Counted from the first letter of the stretch, positions 28,844-39,731 are shown. The stretch is 64,000 nt of DNA from Candidatus Omnitrophota bacterium (GCA_903959815.1 CAJBYM010000109.1:2229-66228); one strand, 5' to 3'. Numbers and translations: made by a program. Notes: generated by a model not told the origin, from the letters alone.

Positions 28844-29913
28844 GGGAGGACAACGCCAATACCCGCGCGTGCACGCGAGAGGTCAAAACATCCTTTCTCA
28901 TCCAGATACGGAGACTTAGCCAGCGGGCCTTTTAGAAAATAGGTCGTATCAAGATCAATGTACTTAAAACATCCCAGTCCCGCCGCCATATGCGCCGAGG
29001 CCGTAACCGCCAAAGCACTTTCCATCATCGCACCGATCATAAGTTCCATCCCTGCCGCCCGCGCCAGACGTGCGATCGCTTCACCTTCCAGCAAACCGCT
29101 TTTCATGGTCTTAACATTGATGGCCGTGACCGCGCGCTCACGCACGGCCCGCACAGTATCGGCCAAAGAACCCACACTCTCGTCGGCACAAACCAAAATC
29201 CCGGACTTGTGAACAGCGCGCGTCACACATTTCAAGCCATCCCAGTCATTCTTGGGAACCGGCTGCTCCACAAGAAGCGGTACAACTTTATTCTTCTTAA
29301 GTTCTTTGAGAAACTTAAGCATCCCGGAAGCAGTAAAACCCTGGTTGGCATCGATCACCATATTCACCCGTGGTGCCGCTTTTCTCACCGCCAGAACACG
29401 CGCCAGATCCAGATCATGATCCTGACCGACCTTCACCTTAAACGTCTTAAATCCCCGACGGGAATAAGCCAGAGCTGACGTTTCAGCCTCTTGCAGGGAT
29501 CCGATGACAATGGTAATGTCCGAGCGCAAAGGAACGGGGCTATTTCCAAAAAGTTTCCATAAAGGGATCTTAAGTGTGCGCGTCCAGGCATCCAGCACCG
29601 CCATTTCCAATGCCGCAAGGCCCGCATGATTCTCGGCAAACTTCTCGCGAAAAGCTCCCAAGAAAGACCTGTGATCAGAAATGTCCTCACCAAGGCTGAC
29701 CGCCGCTGCTTCCTTCAAATTAGAAAAGGTCTTCTCGACAGTCTCCCCGGTGATATGGGTCGCCACAGCGGCTTCGCCCCAACCTTTAACACCGCTTTTA
29801 AGCGTCAAACTAACAAAAACATTCTTAAGCGTATTATGCTGCCCCGTCGCAATACGAAAAGGCGTCGAGAGCGGCGCTTCAACAATATTCACATCCATAT
29901 GTTCAATGATCAT
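28840..29913 (-). CDS. Dipeptide epimerase (L-Ala-D/L-Glu epimerase), enolase superfamily
   Basis: MR/MLE pattern with KVKVG, VDANQG, EQP, and a D-E-D metal-binding arrangement. Confidence 0.8.
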   Translation of the reverse strand: MIIEHMDVNIVEAPLSTPFRIATGQHNTLKNVFVSLTLKSGVKGWGEAAVATHITGETVEKTFSNLKEAAAVSLGEDISDHRSFLGAFREKFAENHAGLAALEMAVLDAWTRTLKIPLWKLFGNSPVPLRSDITIVIGSLQEAETSALAYSRRGFKTFKVKVGQDHDLDLARVLAVRKAAPRVNMVIDANQGFTASGMLKFLKELKKNKVVPLLVEQPVPKNDWDGLKCVTRAVHKSGILVCADESVGSLADTVRAVRERAVTAINVKTMKSGLLEGEAIARLARAAGMELMIGAMMESALAVTASAHMAAGLGCFKYIDLDTTYFLKGPLAKSPYLDEKGCFDLSRARAGIGVVLP

Positions 29914-32117
29914 GCCTTGCTCCCTAAAGCCAGCTCACGCGCCAAACGCTTCACCGTTCCCAGATCTAGTTTACCACTACCTAAGACCGGGATCGCGTCG
30001 ATCCTGAAAAACATCTCAGATTCAGGGATCCATAAATTAGGCAACCCTTCTGCTTTAAGCGCTTCGCGCACCGACGAAATATCAACATCTTTCAATGTCA
30101 GCACAACAAGCTTCTCACCTTTTCTGTCATCCGGAACTGCCGCTACAAGGCACATCGGCTCGGTGGCCTGAACAGCTTTATGAATAGCCTCTTCAATGCG
30201 GATATGCGGGACCATTTCACCTGCGATCTTGCTGAAACGGTTGATGCGGTCCGTGATGGTCACAAACCCGTCATCATCCAAAAATGCGATATCCCCTGTC
30301 TTATACCAACCATCCACAAAAGCTTCTTTTGTTTTCTCGGATTCTTTAAAATAACCGCGCATAACGTTCTGCCCTTTGACAACAAGAAGCCCCTCTTCAT
30401 ACGGACCCAGTACGCGATAAGTTTCAGGATCAACAATCCTCACCGCAACACCAGGCAAAGGATTCCCGATGGTCCCGGGCTTATGCGCTTTTTGCAGAGT
30501 CCCCGAACTGCGATCATCCGGAAAATTCAAGCTGACAATGGGGGATAATTCCGTGCACCCATAACCCTCGAGCGGCATAAAACCAAATTTCTCCATACAA
30601 GCATCCGCAATCACGGCCTTAAGCTTTTCGGCACCAATGATCGTATAACGGATCGTTTTAAAATCACCCGGCTCACACCGCTTAATATAAGCGCTAAGGA
30701 ATGTCGGCGTCGCCATCATGAGGGTCGCCCGATGATTACGAACCATATCACCGACGACTTTCGCATCCAGTGGACTTGGATGATAGACCGCACGCATGGA
30801 ACTCGCCAAAGGCAACCATAAGACAGCCGCAAACCCGAATGAATGAAAAAATGGCAGGATCCCCATGAGCACATCACTAGAGCGGACTTTAAAGCCTTGG
30901 TGAAACCCCTCTAGATTCGCAATAATATTCGCATGCGAAAGCATCACTCCTTTGGGCTGTCCCGTGCTGCCGCTGGTAAAAACAACCGTGACCAGATCGT
31001 CAACACTGCGATACTTCCAGCTTCCGAAAACATAACGGTGTGCGAGAAAAGCAGGCATCAGGAAAACACAAGCCATGGCTTTACAGCGCTGCACAAAACT
31101 TATTTTATCCCAAAGTTCTTCAATAAAAACCCCCTCACACGGAGGCGTGGTCTGTAACTTCTCGAGAAAAGCGCGCGAGGTCACACACACCTTCATGCCG
31201 GTCTGTTCGACCGCACAACGCAGTGCTTCACGACCAGAACTGTAGTTCAAATTCACAACCGGCTTATGCAGGATCGCGACCGCGATATTGGTCACAGCCG
31301 ATGCAACCGACGTCGGTAAAAAAATCCCAACGAACTCCTGGCCACGTGTCAGCTTGGCCAATTGCCGGGATAAAGCATGGGCCACAACAAACGTTTGCCA
31401 GCGGTTAAGGTTCTTGCCGGTTGAATCCGCGATGCACGGTGCAAAAGGCCGCCGCATGACTTCATCAAAGAACAACTCCCCCAGCGTCATCTTTTCTTCC
31501 AAACGGTACCGGAATGCCTGCGCCCCAAGCTCCACGACCTTCTGGCGCACATCAAACACTTTTGTCGACGACAACATGGGCGAGCCAAACATGACGGTCA
31601 CAGGATGCCTCAGCTGACGCGGACGTTTGAAAAAATACTTCCCGCCTTCAAAACTCCAGATGCTGTGCCAGGTACGGTCCAGATATACGGGAATAATAGG
31701 TTCGGAAAGATCCCGCATGATATGTTCAAGCCCGCGATTAAAACGCAAGGTGTTGCCGGTGCGTGACAGCCCGCCCTCAGGGAACATGCATACGAGCTCA
31801 CCTTCTTTGATCACTTCACGGACCGCGGCAAATGTACGGATGATCGTTTTAGGCGGATCCTGGGGAGACAATGGAAAGGCTCCGGCCGCACGGCATAACG
31901 AGCGCAACCAGGGATTATTATAAACCTCACGGCTGGTGACAAACTTGACCGGACGATCAATGGAAGCGGCGAGAAAAAGAACATCAATGAATGACAAATG
32001 GTTCGCGACAATCAGCGCGCCACCAGAAGCAGGCACCAGGGAATGATCAATGATATGCAAGCGATAAAAGGTACGGACAACCCCTCGGGCCAACGACTGA
32101 ACAAAGGACATCCCCAC
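29910..32117 (-). CDS. aas: Bifunctional lysophospholipid acyltransferase/acyl-ACP synthetase (Aas-like)
   Basis: N-terminal PlsC HX4D motif (HLSFIDVL) and a C-terminal AMP-binding domain FTSGSTGQPKGV. Confidence 0.8.
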   Translation of the reverse strand: MGMSFVQSLARGVVRTFYRLHIIDHSLVPASGGALIVANHLSFIDVLFLAASIDRPVKFVTSREVYNNPWLRSLCRAAGAFPLSPQDPPKTIIRTFAAVREVIKEGELVCMFPEGGLSRTGNTLRFNRGLEHIMRDLSEPIIPVYLDRTWHSIWSFEGGKYFFKRPRQLRHPVTVMFGSPMLSSTKVFDVRQKVVELGAQAFRYRLEEKMTLGELFFDEVMRRPFAPCIADSTGKNLNRWQTFVVAHALSRQLAKLTRGQEFVGIFLPTSVASAVTNIAVAILHKPVVNLNYSSGREALRCAVEQTGMKVCVTSRAFLEKLQTTPPCEGVFIEELWDKISFVQRCKAMACVFLMPAFLAHRYVFGSWKYRSVDDLVTVVFTSGSTGQPKGVMLSHANIIANLEGFHQGFKVRSSDVLMGILPFFHSFGFAAVLWLPLASSMRAVYHPSPLDAKVVGDMVRNHRATLMMATPTFLSAYIKRCEPGDFKTIRYTIIGAEKLKAVIADACMEKFGFMPLEGYGCTELSPIVSLNFPDDRSSGTLQKAHKPGTIGNPLPGVAVRIVDPETYRVLGPYEEGLLVVKGQNVMRGYFKESEKTKEAFVDGWYKTGDIAFLDDDGFVTITDRINRFSKIAGEMVPHIRIEEAIHKAVQATEPMCLVAAVPDDRKGEKLVVLTLKDVDISSVREALKAEGLPNLWIPESEMFFRIDAIPVLGSGKLDLGTVKRLARELALGSKA

Positions 32118-32122
32118 CTCGC

Positions 32123-33391
32123 TTACGCTTGTTCTTTTTTGACTCCGGATCCGCCGGGCCCATCCCGTAATAATTTAATATGAAAGACCGCACCTTCCCC
32201 GACCTGACTCACAGCGTTGATCGTTCCTTGATGCTTGGTAATAATGCCATGCACCACCGAAAGCCCAAGGCCAGTCCCCTGTCCCACAGATTTGGTCGTA
32301 AAGAAAGGGTCAAATATCTTGGAAATAACATCCGGCGCGATCCCTTGACCATTATCGCTGATCTCGATATGAACTTCTTTCCCATGGGGCCATGTCTTGA
32401 TCTTGATCGTTCCATTTGTTTCGATCGCCTGGGCCGCATTTGATAATAAGTTCATGAACACCTGCAACATTTGCTGTTCCCTGAAACATACCAGAGGAAG
32501 ATGCCCATACTCACGCACCAACTTGATCTTATATTTTAACTCTCCCGCCATGATATCGATCGCACGATCAATGCAAGCGTGCAAATCCCCGTATTCAAGA
32601 GTGCCTTCTGTGGGATGCGCAAAAACCTTCAGGTCCTGAACGATCTTCTTGATCCTCTGCGCACCCTGGGCTGTCTCGCAGATCAGGACCGGCAGATCTT
32701 CCATGATCTCGCCAAGTTTCTTACTCTGGTCCTGGGGTAATTCTTTGATCGTCGAAAGATACGGTGCAACAATGCGAAAACATTTTTGAACCTGACTTTG
32801 ATATTCCTGGAACATATCAAGATTGGAAATAATATACGCCGTAGGATTATTGATCTCGTGGGCTATGCCTGCGGCTAACTGGCCCAGGGACGCCATTTTT
32901 TCTGATTGGATCAACCGGCTCTGCAGGGCCACCAGTTTCTCATAGGCCGACCTGAGTTCCTCGGTCGTACGCTTGATATCCGTCATGTCACGGATAATAC
33001 CAACGATACATTGTTCCCCGGAAGGCCCCGTATAAATGGTTTTCTTTGTAATGATGACCCTGCGCGAACCGGTGCCATCTGTAAAGAACTCCTCGTTAAC
33101 ATTCTCTTGCCCGGTCTGGAAAACCTCTTCATCTTTCTGCCAAAAAACATCCGCTTCTTTTTTGGGAAAGAAATCATAATCCGATTTACCAATGAGCTTG
33201 GAACTTGGATGACCCATAAAATCACAAAACGCCTGGTTGAGCAGGATCCAGCGGTGCTTGCGGTCTTTTACAAAAAGAGGGTCTGCGACGGAATTAATGA
33301 TCTGTTTTAAATATTCAGATGTGTTTTCCACTGCTTCCGTTACCGCCCTTTGGTGGGAACATGGCCCATGCATGCTTCGACAACAACACAC
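32123..33391 (-). CDS. Cytoplasmic PAS sensor histidine kinase
   Basis: PAS domain, H-box AHEINNP and HATPase_c. The true start may be an internal M (33373). Confidence 0.85.
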   Translation of the reverse strand: MCCCRSMHGPCSHQRAVTEAVENTSEYLKQIINSVADPLFVKDRKHRWILLNQAFCDFMGHPSSKLIGKSDYDFFPKKEADVFWQKDEEVFQTGQENVNEEFFTDGTGSRRVIITKKTIYTGPSGEQCIVGIIRDMTDIKRTTEELRSAYEKLVALQSRLIQSEKMASLGQLAAGIAHEINNPTAYIISNLDMFQEYQSQVQKCFRIVAPYLSTIKELPQDQSKKLGEIMEDLPVLICETAQGAQRIKKIVQDLKVFAHPTEGTLEYGDLHACIDRAIDIMAGELKYKIKLVREYGHLPLVCFREQQMLQVFMNLLSNAAQAIETNGTIKIKTWPHGKEVHIEISDNGQGIAPDVISKIFDPFFTTKSVGQGTGLGLSVVHGIITKHQGTINAVSQVGEGAVFHIKLLRDGPGGSGVKKEQA

Positions 33392-33915
33392 TTTTCTTTC
33401 CAGAACGAGAATGCAACTTCCTGTTTCTTGAAAAGATTATAATCAAACTGCGCGCCTTCAAGAACCGCATTTTTATACTTATACGGAGCAGACAAGGTGA
33501 GGTCCGCAAGATCCAGCGCCAGAATTTGCTTCTTCAAATTCTCTGCGATCACCTGACACAAATCACCAACGACATCCAGACAGGCCTGTTCATTCTCAGA
33601 TTCACTGGCCGAACGACCAAAAGCCTTGAAAAGCCGCTCCACCAGATCTTCTTTAAAATACAAAATGAATGTCCCGACAGCATCTTTAGCCTCAAGGTGC
33701 TTCGGCGACAGATAATAATTAACGATCGCCACATAGGCCGGAGCATTGAACTTTTCCATAGGAAAAAGCCGCATCCTGCCGTCATATTCAATGATATCTT
33801 TCTCACCCGCAACAGGTTCGGCCGAAGGAGCGACATGACACATCTGTTTGAACGTGTCCTCAACGACGCTGATGATCATGGTGCTCAAAGCTTTATTGTC
33901 TAATTTGGTAGCCAT
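33340..33915 (-). CDS. CheX-like (CheC/CheX/FliY phosphatase fold) protein
   Basis: DVVGDLCQVIAENLKK resembles the CheX E..N motif region. The start is moved to ATG 33915. Tentative. Confidence 0.45.
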   Translation of the reverse strand: MATKLDNKALSTMIISVVEDTFKQMCHVAPSAEPVAGEKDIIEYDGRMRLFPMEKFNAPAYVAIVNYYLSPKHLEAKDAVGTFILYFKEDLVERLFKAFGRSASESENEQACLDVVGDLCQVIAENLKKQILALDLADLTLSAPYKYKNAVLEGAQFDYNLFKKQEVAFSFWKEKCVVVEACMGHVPTKGR

Positions 33916-33985
33916 GTCGTCTATTCTACATAAACACGGCAAAAAGCTCCAGCAAAAGATGCAATTCAAAAGAACTTTAAGAAAT

Positions 33986-34010
33986 AAAAAGGGGCCAGAC
34001 GGCCCCTTTT
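33986..34010. terminator. Terminator hairpin after the porin gene
   Basis: AAAAA-GGGGCC-agac-GGCCCC-TTTT. Confidence 0.55.
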
Positions 34011-34034
34011 AAAACACCTTAACCTTAAACTCGA

Positions 34035-35366
34035 TCAAAACTTATAGATGACCGCCGACATGATACGGTTCGCGTCACCCTTGCTGCCATCAACCCACTC
34101 CGTCTTAAAATACTGATACTCAAGACCGACCTGCAATTCCTTGCTCAGGCTATATTTGATATTGGTATAGGTCGTCGTATTGTATTCGTAAACATTCGAC
34201 GCATCCGAAGTTGTGCCAACCCCCGGAGCAGCAACAGGATTAATAAACGCATCATCATTGACCATGTCAATCCCGGCCCCTAGGTTCATCTCGACTTTCT
34301 TGATCGGATTATACGTCAACTCTGCAAATCCGCCTTTAACACGAAAAGGCTTCTTATCCAAACCGCTTGCCAAATAAGAAGTCATGCCCAGCGTACTACC
34401 CCCCAAAAAGTCATCCAACTTGGCACCACTGAAGCCTTCGGCCTTGAACGCCAACCAATCAGTCATTTTGAGCGTCATGCCAAAAGCCACCGCCCATAAT
34501 GAATGATCCTGGTCACCCGACGCTTCGACTTCACCTAACAACCCACTCACACCAAATGTCGCGGGCATGCCCATGATCTTGGTCTCATAACCCGTATATG
34601 TGGCCAAGACAGGGACTCCTGAATTCTCATTGGTAACATCATCTGTATCCAAGATGCCGGTCTTGCTGGTCAATTTCCCGCCCCAGACATCGCCCCATTT
34701 GTTAACAATGTGAACCTGCGGATGGCGATAACCCACATTACCCTGCCCCCATAAAATATCCGGATTCAATATACTCGGATTGATCGGCGCGAAAATATCC
34801 CAATTCTGGCCCGCATTAACAGCCCATTTCGGATAATCCAGCTGCACATAGGCATGCCTTAAACGCGGCGTATACGTCGCAGTCTGCGAATTCGCAAAAT
34901 CTATTTCGATCTTGCCGCTGACCTTTCCCCCGTCCTCAAGGTCCGGCCCCTTAACATTAAATCCAAGGCGTGTATCATTCCCGGCCATCCCGAACTCACT
35001 CTGACTGCTACCATTTTCCTTGGGTGCGACTCTGGGCGCATTGCTACTGGCCATATCAGAATCCGCATAAGACCCCTGGGCCATGATAAAACCATACATC
35101 TCAACATCCAACTTGGTCTTCAAGAAATTCACTGCAGGTGTCGCCGCCGCAGGAGCAGCCGCAACCTGGGCAGTCGCCGCAGGCATTGCAGGTTTTTCCT
35201 TAAGCGCCATTACTTCTGCTTTTAAGGATGCATTCTCTCTTTCAAGAGCCTCAACACGCTTGAGGATATCATCGAGCGTAGCCTGGGCACATGCAGGCAA
35301 GGCAAACCCCACGGTACAAATGCCAACCATGATCAATGCCAGAAGCCTTTTCATGAGTTTCGCCAT
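34035..35366 (-). CDS. Outer membrane porin with an N-terminal coiled coil (DcaP-like)
   Basis: Signal peptide, heptad coiled coil (LDDILKRVEALERENASLKAEVMAL), beta-barrel body, C-terminal aromatic residue. Confidence 0.6.
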   Translation of the reverse strand: MAKLMKRLLALIMVGICTVGFALPACAQATLDDILKRVEALERENASLKAEVMALKEKPAMPAATAQVAAAPAAATPAVNFLKTKLDVEMYGFIMAQGSYADSDMASSNAPRVAPKENGSSQSEFGMAGNDTRLGFNVKGPDLEDGGKVSGKIEIDFANSQTATYTPRLRHAYVQLDYPKWAVNAGQNWDIFAPINPSILNPDILWGQGNVGYRHPQVHIVNKWGDVWGGKLTSKTGILDTDDVTNENSGVPVLATYTGYETKIMGMPATFGVSGLLGEVEASGDQDHSLWAVAFGMTLKMTDWLAFKAEGFSGAKLDDFLGGSTLGMTSYLASGLDKKPFRVKGGFAELTYNPIKKVEMNLGAGIDMVNDDAFINPVAAPGVGTTSDASNVYEYNTTTYTNIKYSLSKELQVGLEYQYFKTEWVDGSKGDANRIMSAVIYKF

Positions 35367-35383
35367 TCTTTCCTCCTTATTAT

Positions 35384-38119
35384 TTAAGAACCCCCATCCA
35401 CCGGCCGCTCCCCCTTAAGAAACGGCAACACATTGGCCGCAGGCATAGGCCGACTTAAGAAATATCCCTGAAAATAATCACAATTATTACCAATAAGTTT
35501 CTCAAGCTGGATCTGCGTTTCCACACCTTCCGCCACAACGCTTAAATTAAGCTTGTGCGCAAGATCAATGATCGCCGGGATCATGGCATTCTCATCCGTG
35601 TCCTTGGCGATCTCCTTGATAAAGAAACGGTCAATCTTAAGGTTCCCGATGGGCAGCCGCTGCAAATGGACCAGCGAAGAATAGCCCGTTCCAAAATCAT
35701 CGAGCGATACCTGAACTCCTAAAGCACGAATATTATTAAGCACCTCGATGGCGCTATCAAACGAATCGATCAACATACTTTCAGTCACTTCGATCTCAAG
35801 ACCCTCGGGAGGAAGCCCGCTGGCCTTAAGCGCCCCTTCTATGATCTGGACAATATTCTTGCGTCGTAATTGGGCCACAGAAATATTAACCGACATGACC
35901 ATGTCCTTGAACCCGGCATCCATGAGCATACGATGAAACCGGCATGCCTCGTAAAGAACCCACTCGCCAATAGGAATAATAAGGCCCGTGTCTTCCGCGA
36001 CAGGTATGAATTCATTCGGGAATATCAAACCGCCTTCGGCCCGAAACCAACGCAGCAAAGCCTCAAACCCTCTGACCTTACCGTCCTTCACACTCACAAT
36101 AGGCTGATAAAACAGGCAAAGCTCATTCTTAACCAAGGCTTCACGCAAACCACGCTCGATCTGCATTCTCGTAACAGCCTTCTGATTCATGGCATGATCA
36201 TAAAAACAATACATATTCCTTCCGGATTCTTTGGCCGCGTACATGGCCGTATCGGCATTCTTCAAAAGATCTTCCAATGTTTCTCCGTCATGCGGATAAG
36301 TCACAATGCCCACACTGGCTGTAATAAAAAGATCATTGCCCACCACAGAACGCGGGGCATTCAGTTTTTCACGGATACGTTCTGCAATATAACGCGCACC
36401 CTCGGCATCATCAAGATCATTGAGCAGAACAATGAACTCATCTCCCCCTAGGCGGGCCATGACATCGGTCTCACGCACACACTCCGCAAGCTTAGCAGCC
36501 GTATCCTTAAGAAGCGCATCACCGATAGAATGCCCTAGCGTATCGTTCACACTCTTGAAATGATCAAGATCAATAAAGAGGATCGCACATTGCAAATTGG
36601 CACGCTTCGCATGCGCCAAGCCCATATTCGCTTTATCCATAAATAAAGTACGATTAGGAAGCGCTGTGAGCGAATCATAGTGTGCCATGGTCAAAAGTTT
36701 GCTCTCCAAAAGCTTGCGATCTGTAATATCCCGCCCGATCCCCACAAGCCCGGAAACAGCACCATCCTGCCCTTTTAAAGGAATCTTGGATGTTAAAAGC
36801 CATCGCTTGACCCCCGTAGAATCTTCAATGATCTCTTCACGGTTGATGACCGGCCGCGCATGCCGCAGCACATTTTGATCGTCCTTGGCATATTCTTTCG
36901 CCAAATGACTGGGAAAAACTTCCGCATCTGTCTTACCCAGAATATCTGATTCATTCTGGACACCAATAAAATCCATATCCGTACGATTGGTCAGGATCTT
37001 TCGTCCTTCTTTATCCTTCACATAAACACTGTCCGGAATATTATCGACCAAGGTGCGCAAAAGATTATGTTCTTTCTCCAACGCCTGTTCAGCTACTCTA
37101 TGTTCCGTGATATCACGGATCGATTCGATCATGCCGATCACATGCCCTTCATGATCATAAAGCGGCGCCCCGACATTCCATATATACGCCCCCCGCCCAC
37201 CATAAAGTGCAGGCGCAAAAGCTTCCGCCGATAAACAACGACCCTTGCGTTCAAGCATCAAATATCTCGAAGGGATCTCGCCTTCCGGGCCATCGAGGAA
37301 ATCCAAGAGATAGGGCACCTTCTCACCATAAAAAGGCACCGATGCTTCCCGATGGCTTTGCCCCAGGATATCTTTCTTCGCCACACCTGTCATTTCTTCC
37401 ATAGCACGATTCCAGGCAATGATCTTTTTATCAGGATCAATGATGAATGTAGCATCCGGTAGAAATTCAATGATATCCTCAAGACGTCTGTTGGTCGCCT
37501 TAAGCTCTTCTTCATGCAGCAACAGGGCCGCCTCGACACGCTTACGCTCTGTGATATCGCGGGCGATGGAAAGGATCATTTCGTGTCCATCAAAATCAAC
37601 AATGCGGTTACTGATCTCAACGGGTATCCTGCGTCCGTCTTTAGCCAAATGCGCCCCTTCCCAGAGCACATTGCGCGTCGACTGAAGCGTGTTCATAACA
37701 GCGGCCACATCCACAAATGTTTGCGGATCATCAATATCCGTGGGACGCATCTTCAGAAATTCTGCACGCGTATATCCCAGGCGCGTACACGCGGCCTCAT
37801 TGACCTCAATAAAACGACCCGGCAATCCATCCGGCCCCGGGCCTTCATGAAGGAACACCGCTTCATTCATATGATTGAATAAAAGATATTCGCGTTTGTG
37901 ACTGTTCAAAATGAGCAGCATGGCGCGACGAACAAGGAGATAAAGCAGGCACGCTGTGATCAGGATAAAGACAATATGCGGCACAACATGGAACCCATCT
38001 TCAAGTTTCATGCCGGTCATCAGATCCGTCAATAAAAACCAGAAAAGACCAAAAGCCGCGTAGATAACAACGATCCTGAAAGGGATTATTTTAGATGCGG
38101 GCGAGGAAAATTTATCCAT
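35384..38119 (-). CDS. Membrane-anchored multi-PAS GGDEF-EAL c-di-GMP signalling protein
   Basis: RLGGDEFIVLL (GGDEF domain); EAL domain with GFEALLRW and EFIPVAEDTGLI. Confidence 0.9.
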   Translation of the reverse strand: MDKFSSPASKIIPFRIVVIYAAFGLFWFLLTDLMTGMKLEDGFHVVPHIVFILITACLLYLLVRRAMLLILNSHKREYLLFNHMNEAVFLHEGPGPDGLPGRFIEVNEAACTRLGYTRAEFLKMRPTDIDDPQTFVDVAAVMNTLQSTRNVLWEGAHLAKDGRRIPVEISNRIVDFDGHEMILSIARDITERKRVEAALLLHEEELKATNRRLEDIIEFLPDATFIIDPDKKIIAWNRAMEEMTGVAKKDILGQSHREASVPFYGEKVPYLLDFLDGPEGEIPSRYLMLERKGRCLSAEAFAPALYGGRGAYIWNVGAPLYDHEGHVIGMIESIRDITEHRVAEQALEKEHNLLRTLVDNIPDSVYVKDKEGRKILTNRTDMDFIGVQNESDILGKTDAEVFPSHLAKEYAKDDQNVLRHARPVINREEIIEDSTGVKRWLLTSKIPLKGQDGAVSGLVGIGRDITDRKLLESKLLTMAHYDSLTALPNRTLFMDKANMGLAHAKRANLQCAILFIDLDHFKSVNDTLGHSIGDALLKDTAAKLAECVRETDVMARLGGDEFIVLLNDLDDAEGARYIAERIREKLNAPRSVVGNDLFITASVGIVTYPHDGETLEDLLKNADTAMYAAKESGRNMYCFYDHAMNQKAVTRMQIERGLREALVKNELCLFYQPIVSVKDGKVRGFEALLRWFRAEGGLIFPNEFIPVAEDTGLIIPIGEWVLYEACRFHRMLMDAGFKDMVMSVNISVAQLRRKNIVQIIEGALKASGLPPEGLEIEVTESMLIDSFDSAIEVLNNIRALGVQVSLDDFGTGYSSLVHLQRLPIGNLKIDRFFIKEIAKDTDENAMIPAIIDLAHKLNLSVVAEGVETQIQLEKLIGNNCDYFQGYFLSRPMPAANVLPFLKGERPVDGGS

Positions 38120-38228
38120 TCATCAAGGCCTTTGATCAATTAATCTAAAGATGCCTTCTTAATTTGATAGTTATAATACGTGATTAATATAAAACGGGCA
38201 AGAGATTATACGGAGGAAAAAAGCCGGG

Positions 38229-39731
38229 CTATCTTCTGCGGCCTTTAAGCGAAGACTTTACATTCCCACCTTCGCGAGCACGTTCAAAATCAATATGTCC
38301 CTGATAAGGATCCAGGTCCGTTAACTTAACACGCACATTCTGTCCGACCGAAAGCCTTTCACCACCACCCATGATCCGGCCCTCAACCGGCGGCTCAACG
38401 AGGCGCACATAAATCCCTTTATCCGAAGATCCTGTGATGATGCCGTCAAAAACCTCACCGATCCGACCTCTCATCAAGACCGCGGCCGCAACCTTTTGCA
38501 TGAACCGCTCGACCTTCTTGGACATCTTGTCACGGTCTGTGCACCAGGCCGCATGCTCGATCAATTCTTTGCGAGAATACGGACAAGCTTTTCTGTCCAG
38601 CACCGCTTTCAAGATCCGCTGGATAATAAGATCCACATACCGGCGGTTGGGCGCCGTCGAATGGGTATAATCCGAAACAGCCAGACCAAAATGGCCCACC
38701 GGAGCCTTGCCCGGCTCCAGCATCATGTACTCGCCAGGACCCAGCAATTTCACAATGGTGAGCGACAGGTCAGGAAAATGAACACTGTCCGCAGACTTCC
38801 TTTTAAGAAGGAACTTGGACAAAGCCTTCACATCCGCTTCAGCCGGAAGGCGTGTTCCCAGATCAGCTGCAACATCAACAATCCCGGGCCAGTTCTTAGG
38901 AACGCGCACAATGCGCTGGATCACAGGCACATGTGCTTTCTCCAGAAATTCCATGACCGTACCATTGGCCGCGATCATAAAATTCTCAATGACATGGTGT
39001 GCCCTATCCTCGCTGGGTAAAACCAGCCCAACGACCATATCATCTTTCATGACCGTCTTGGCTTCCAGACTTTCCAATTCCAGAGCCCCCTTTTCCATGC
39101 GAAAATTCTTAAGACGACTGGCCGCTTCATCCTGCAAACGAACCTGTTCTTCCAACCCCGGAATATCCGTAAATGCCTGCGGGAAAGGACCATGGCCGTC
39201 AAGCCAGGCACCAACCTCTTCATAAACCAGTTTCGCCCTATTATGGACCAGCGCAAGATAGATCTTCCCGCGCCGCACATCGCCGTTCTTCAAAACCACA
39301 AATTCAATCACGATCGCAGGCCGGTCCTCACCTGCACGCAAAGAGGTGAGGTCCGTTGACAAACGCAAAGGCAACATGGGAAACGTTTCAATGCCCGTAT
39401 ATACCGACGTTGCATTATGCTCGGCATGGCGATCAATTTCAAAACCCCGTGGAACAAAGACGTCAACATCCGCTATCGCGATCTTGATCAAAATCTCCTG
39501 ATCAGCGCCACGCTCGGCATATTCCAGTTGGTCAAGATCAAGTGAATCCACATTATCAATCGACGACCACAAAAGTCCACGCAGATCCACCCTGCCAGAG
39601 CGCAGCATTTTCTTGGGATCAAGGCGATCAACTTCACGCATCATATTTTTGGAAAATTGATATCGAAAACCATAACGTTCCATAGCCTGGTGAGCAATAG
39701 CATGAAGATCAATGTCACGGAATGGAGACAT
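38229..39731 (-). CDS. RNB-domain exoribonuclease (RNase II/R family) with a C-terminal S1 domain
   Basis: RNB catalytic-region pattern and a C-terminal S1-like domain. Confidence 0.8.
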   Translation of the reverse strand: MSPFRDIDLHAIAHQAMERYGFRYQFSKNMMREVDRLDPKKMLRSGRVDLRGLLWSSIDNVDSLDLDQLEYAERGADQEILIKIAIADVDVFVPRGFEIDRHAEHNATSVYTGIETFPMLPLRLSTDLTSLRAGEDRPAIVIEFVVLKNGDVRRGKIYLALVHNRAKLVYEEVGAWLDGHGPFPQAFTDIPGLEEQVRLQDEAASRLKNFRMEKGALELESLEAKTVMKDDMVVGLVLPSEDRAHHVIENFMIAANGTVMEFLEKAHVPVIQRIVRVPKNWPGIVDVAADLGTRLPAEADVKALSKFLLKRKSADSVHFPDLSLTIVKLLGPGEYMMLEPGKAPVGHFGLAVSDYTHSTAPNRRYVDLIIQRILKAVLDRKACPYSRKELIEHAAWCTDRDKMSKKVERFMQKVAAAVLMRGRIGEVFDGIITGSSDKGIYVRLVEPPVEGRIMGGGERLSVGQNVRVKLTDLDPYQGHIDFERAREGGNVKSSLKGRRR

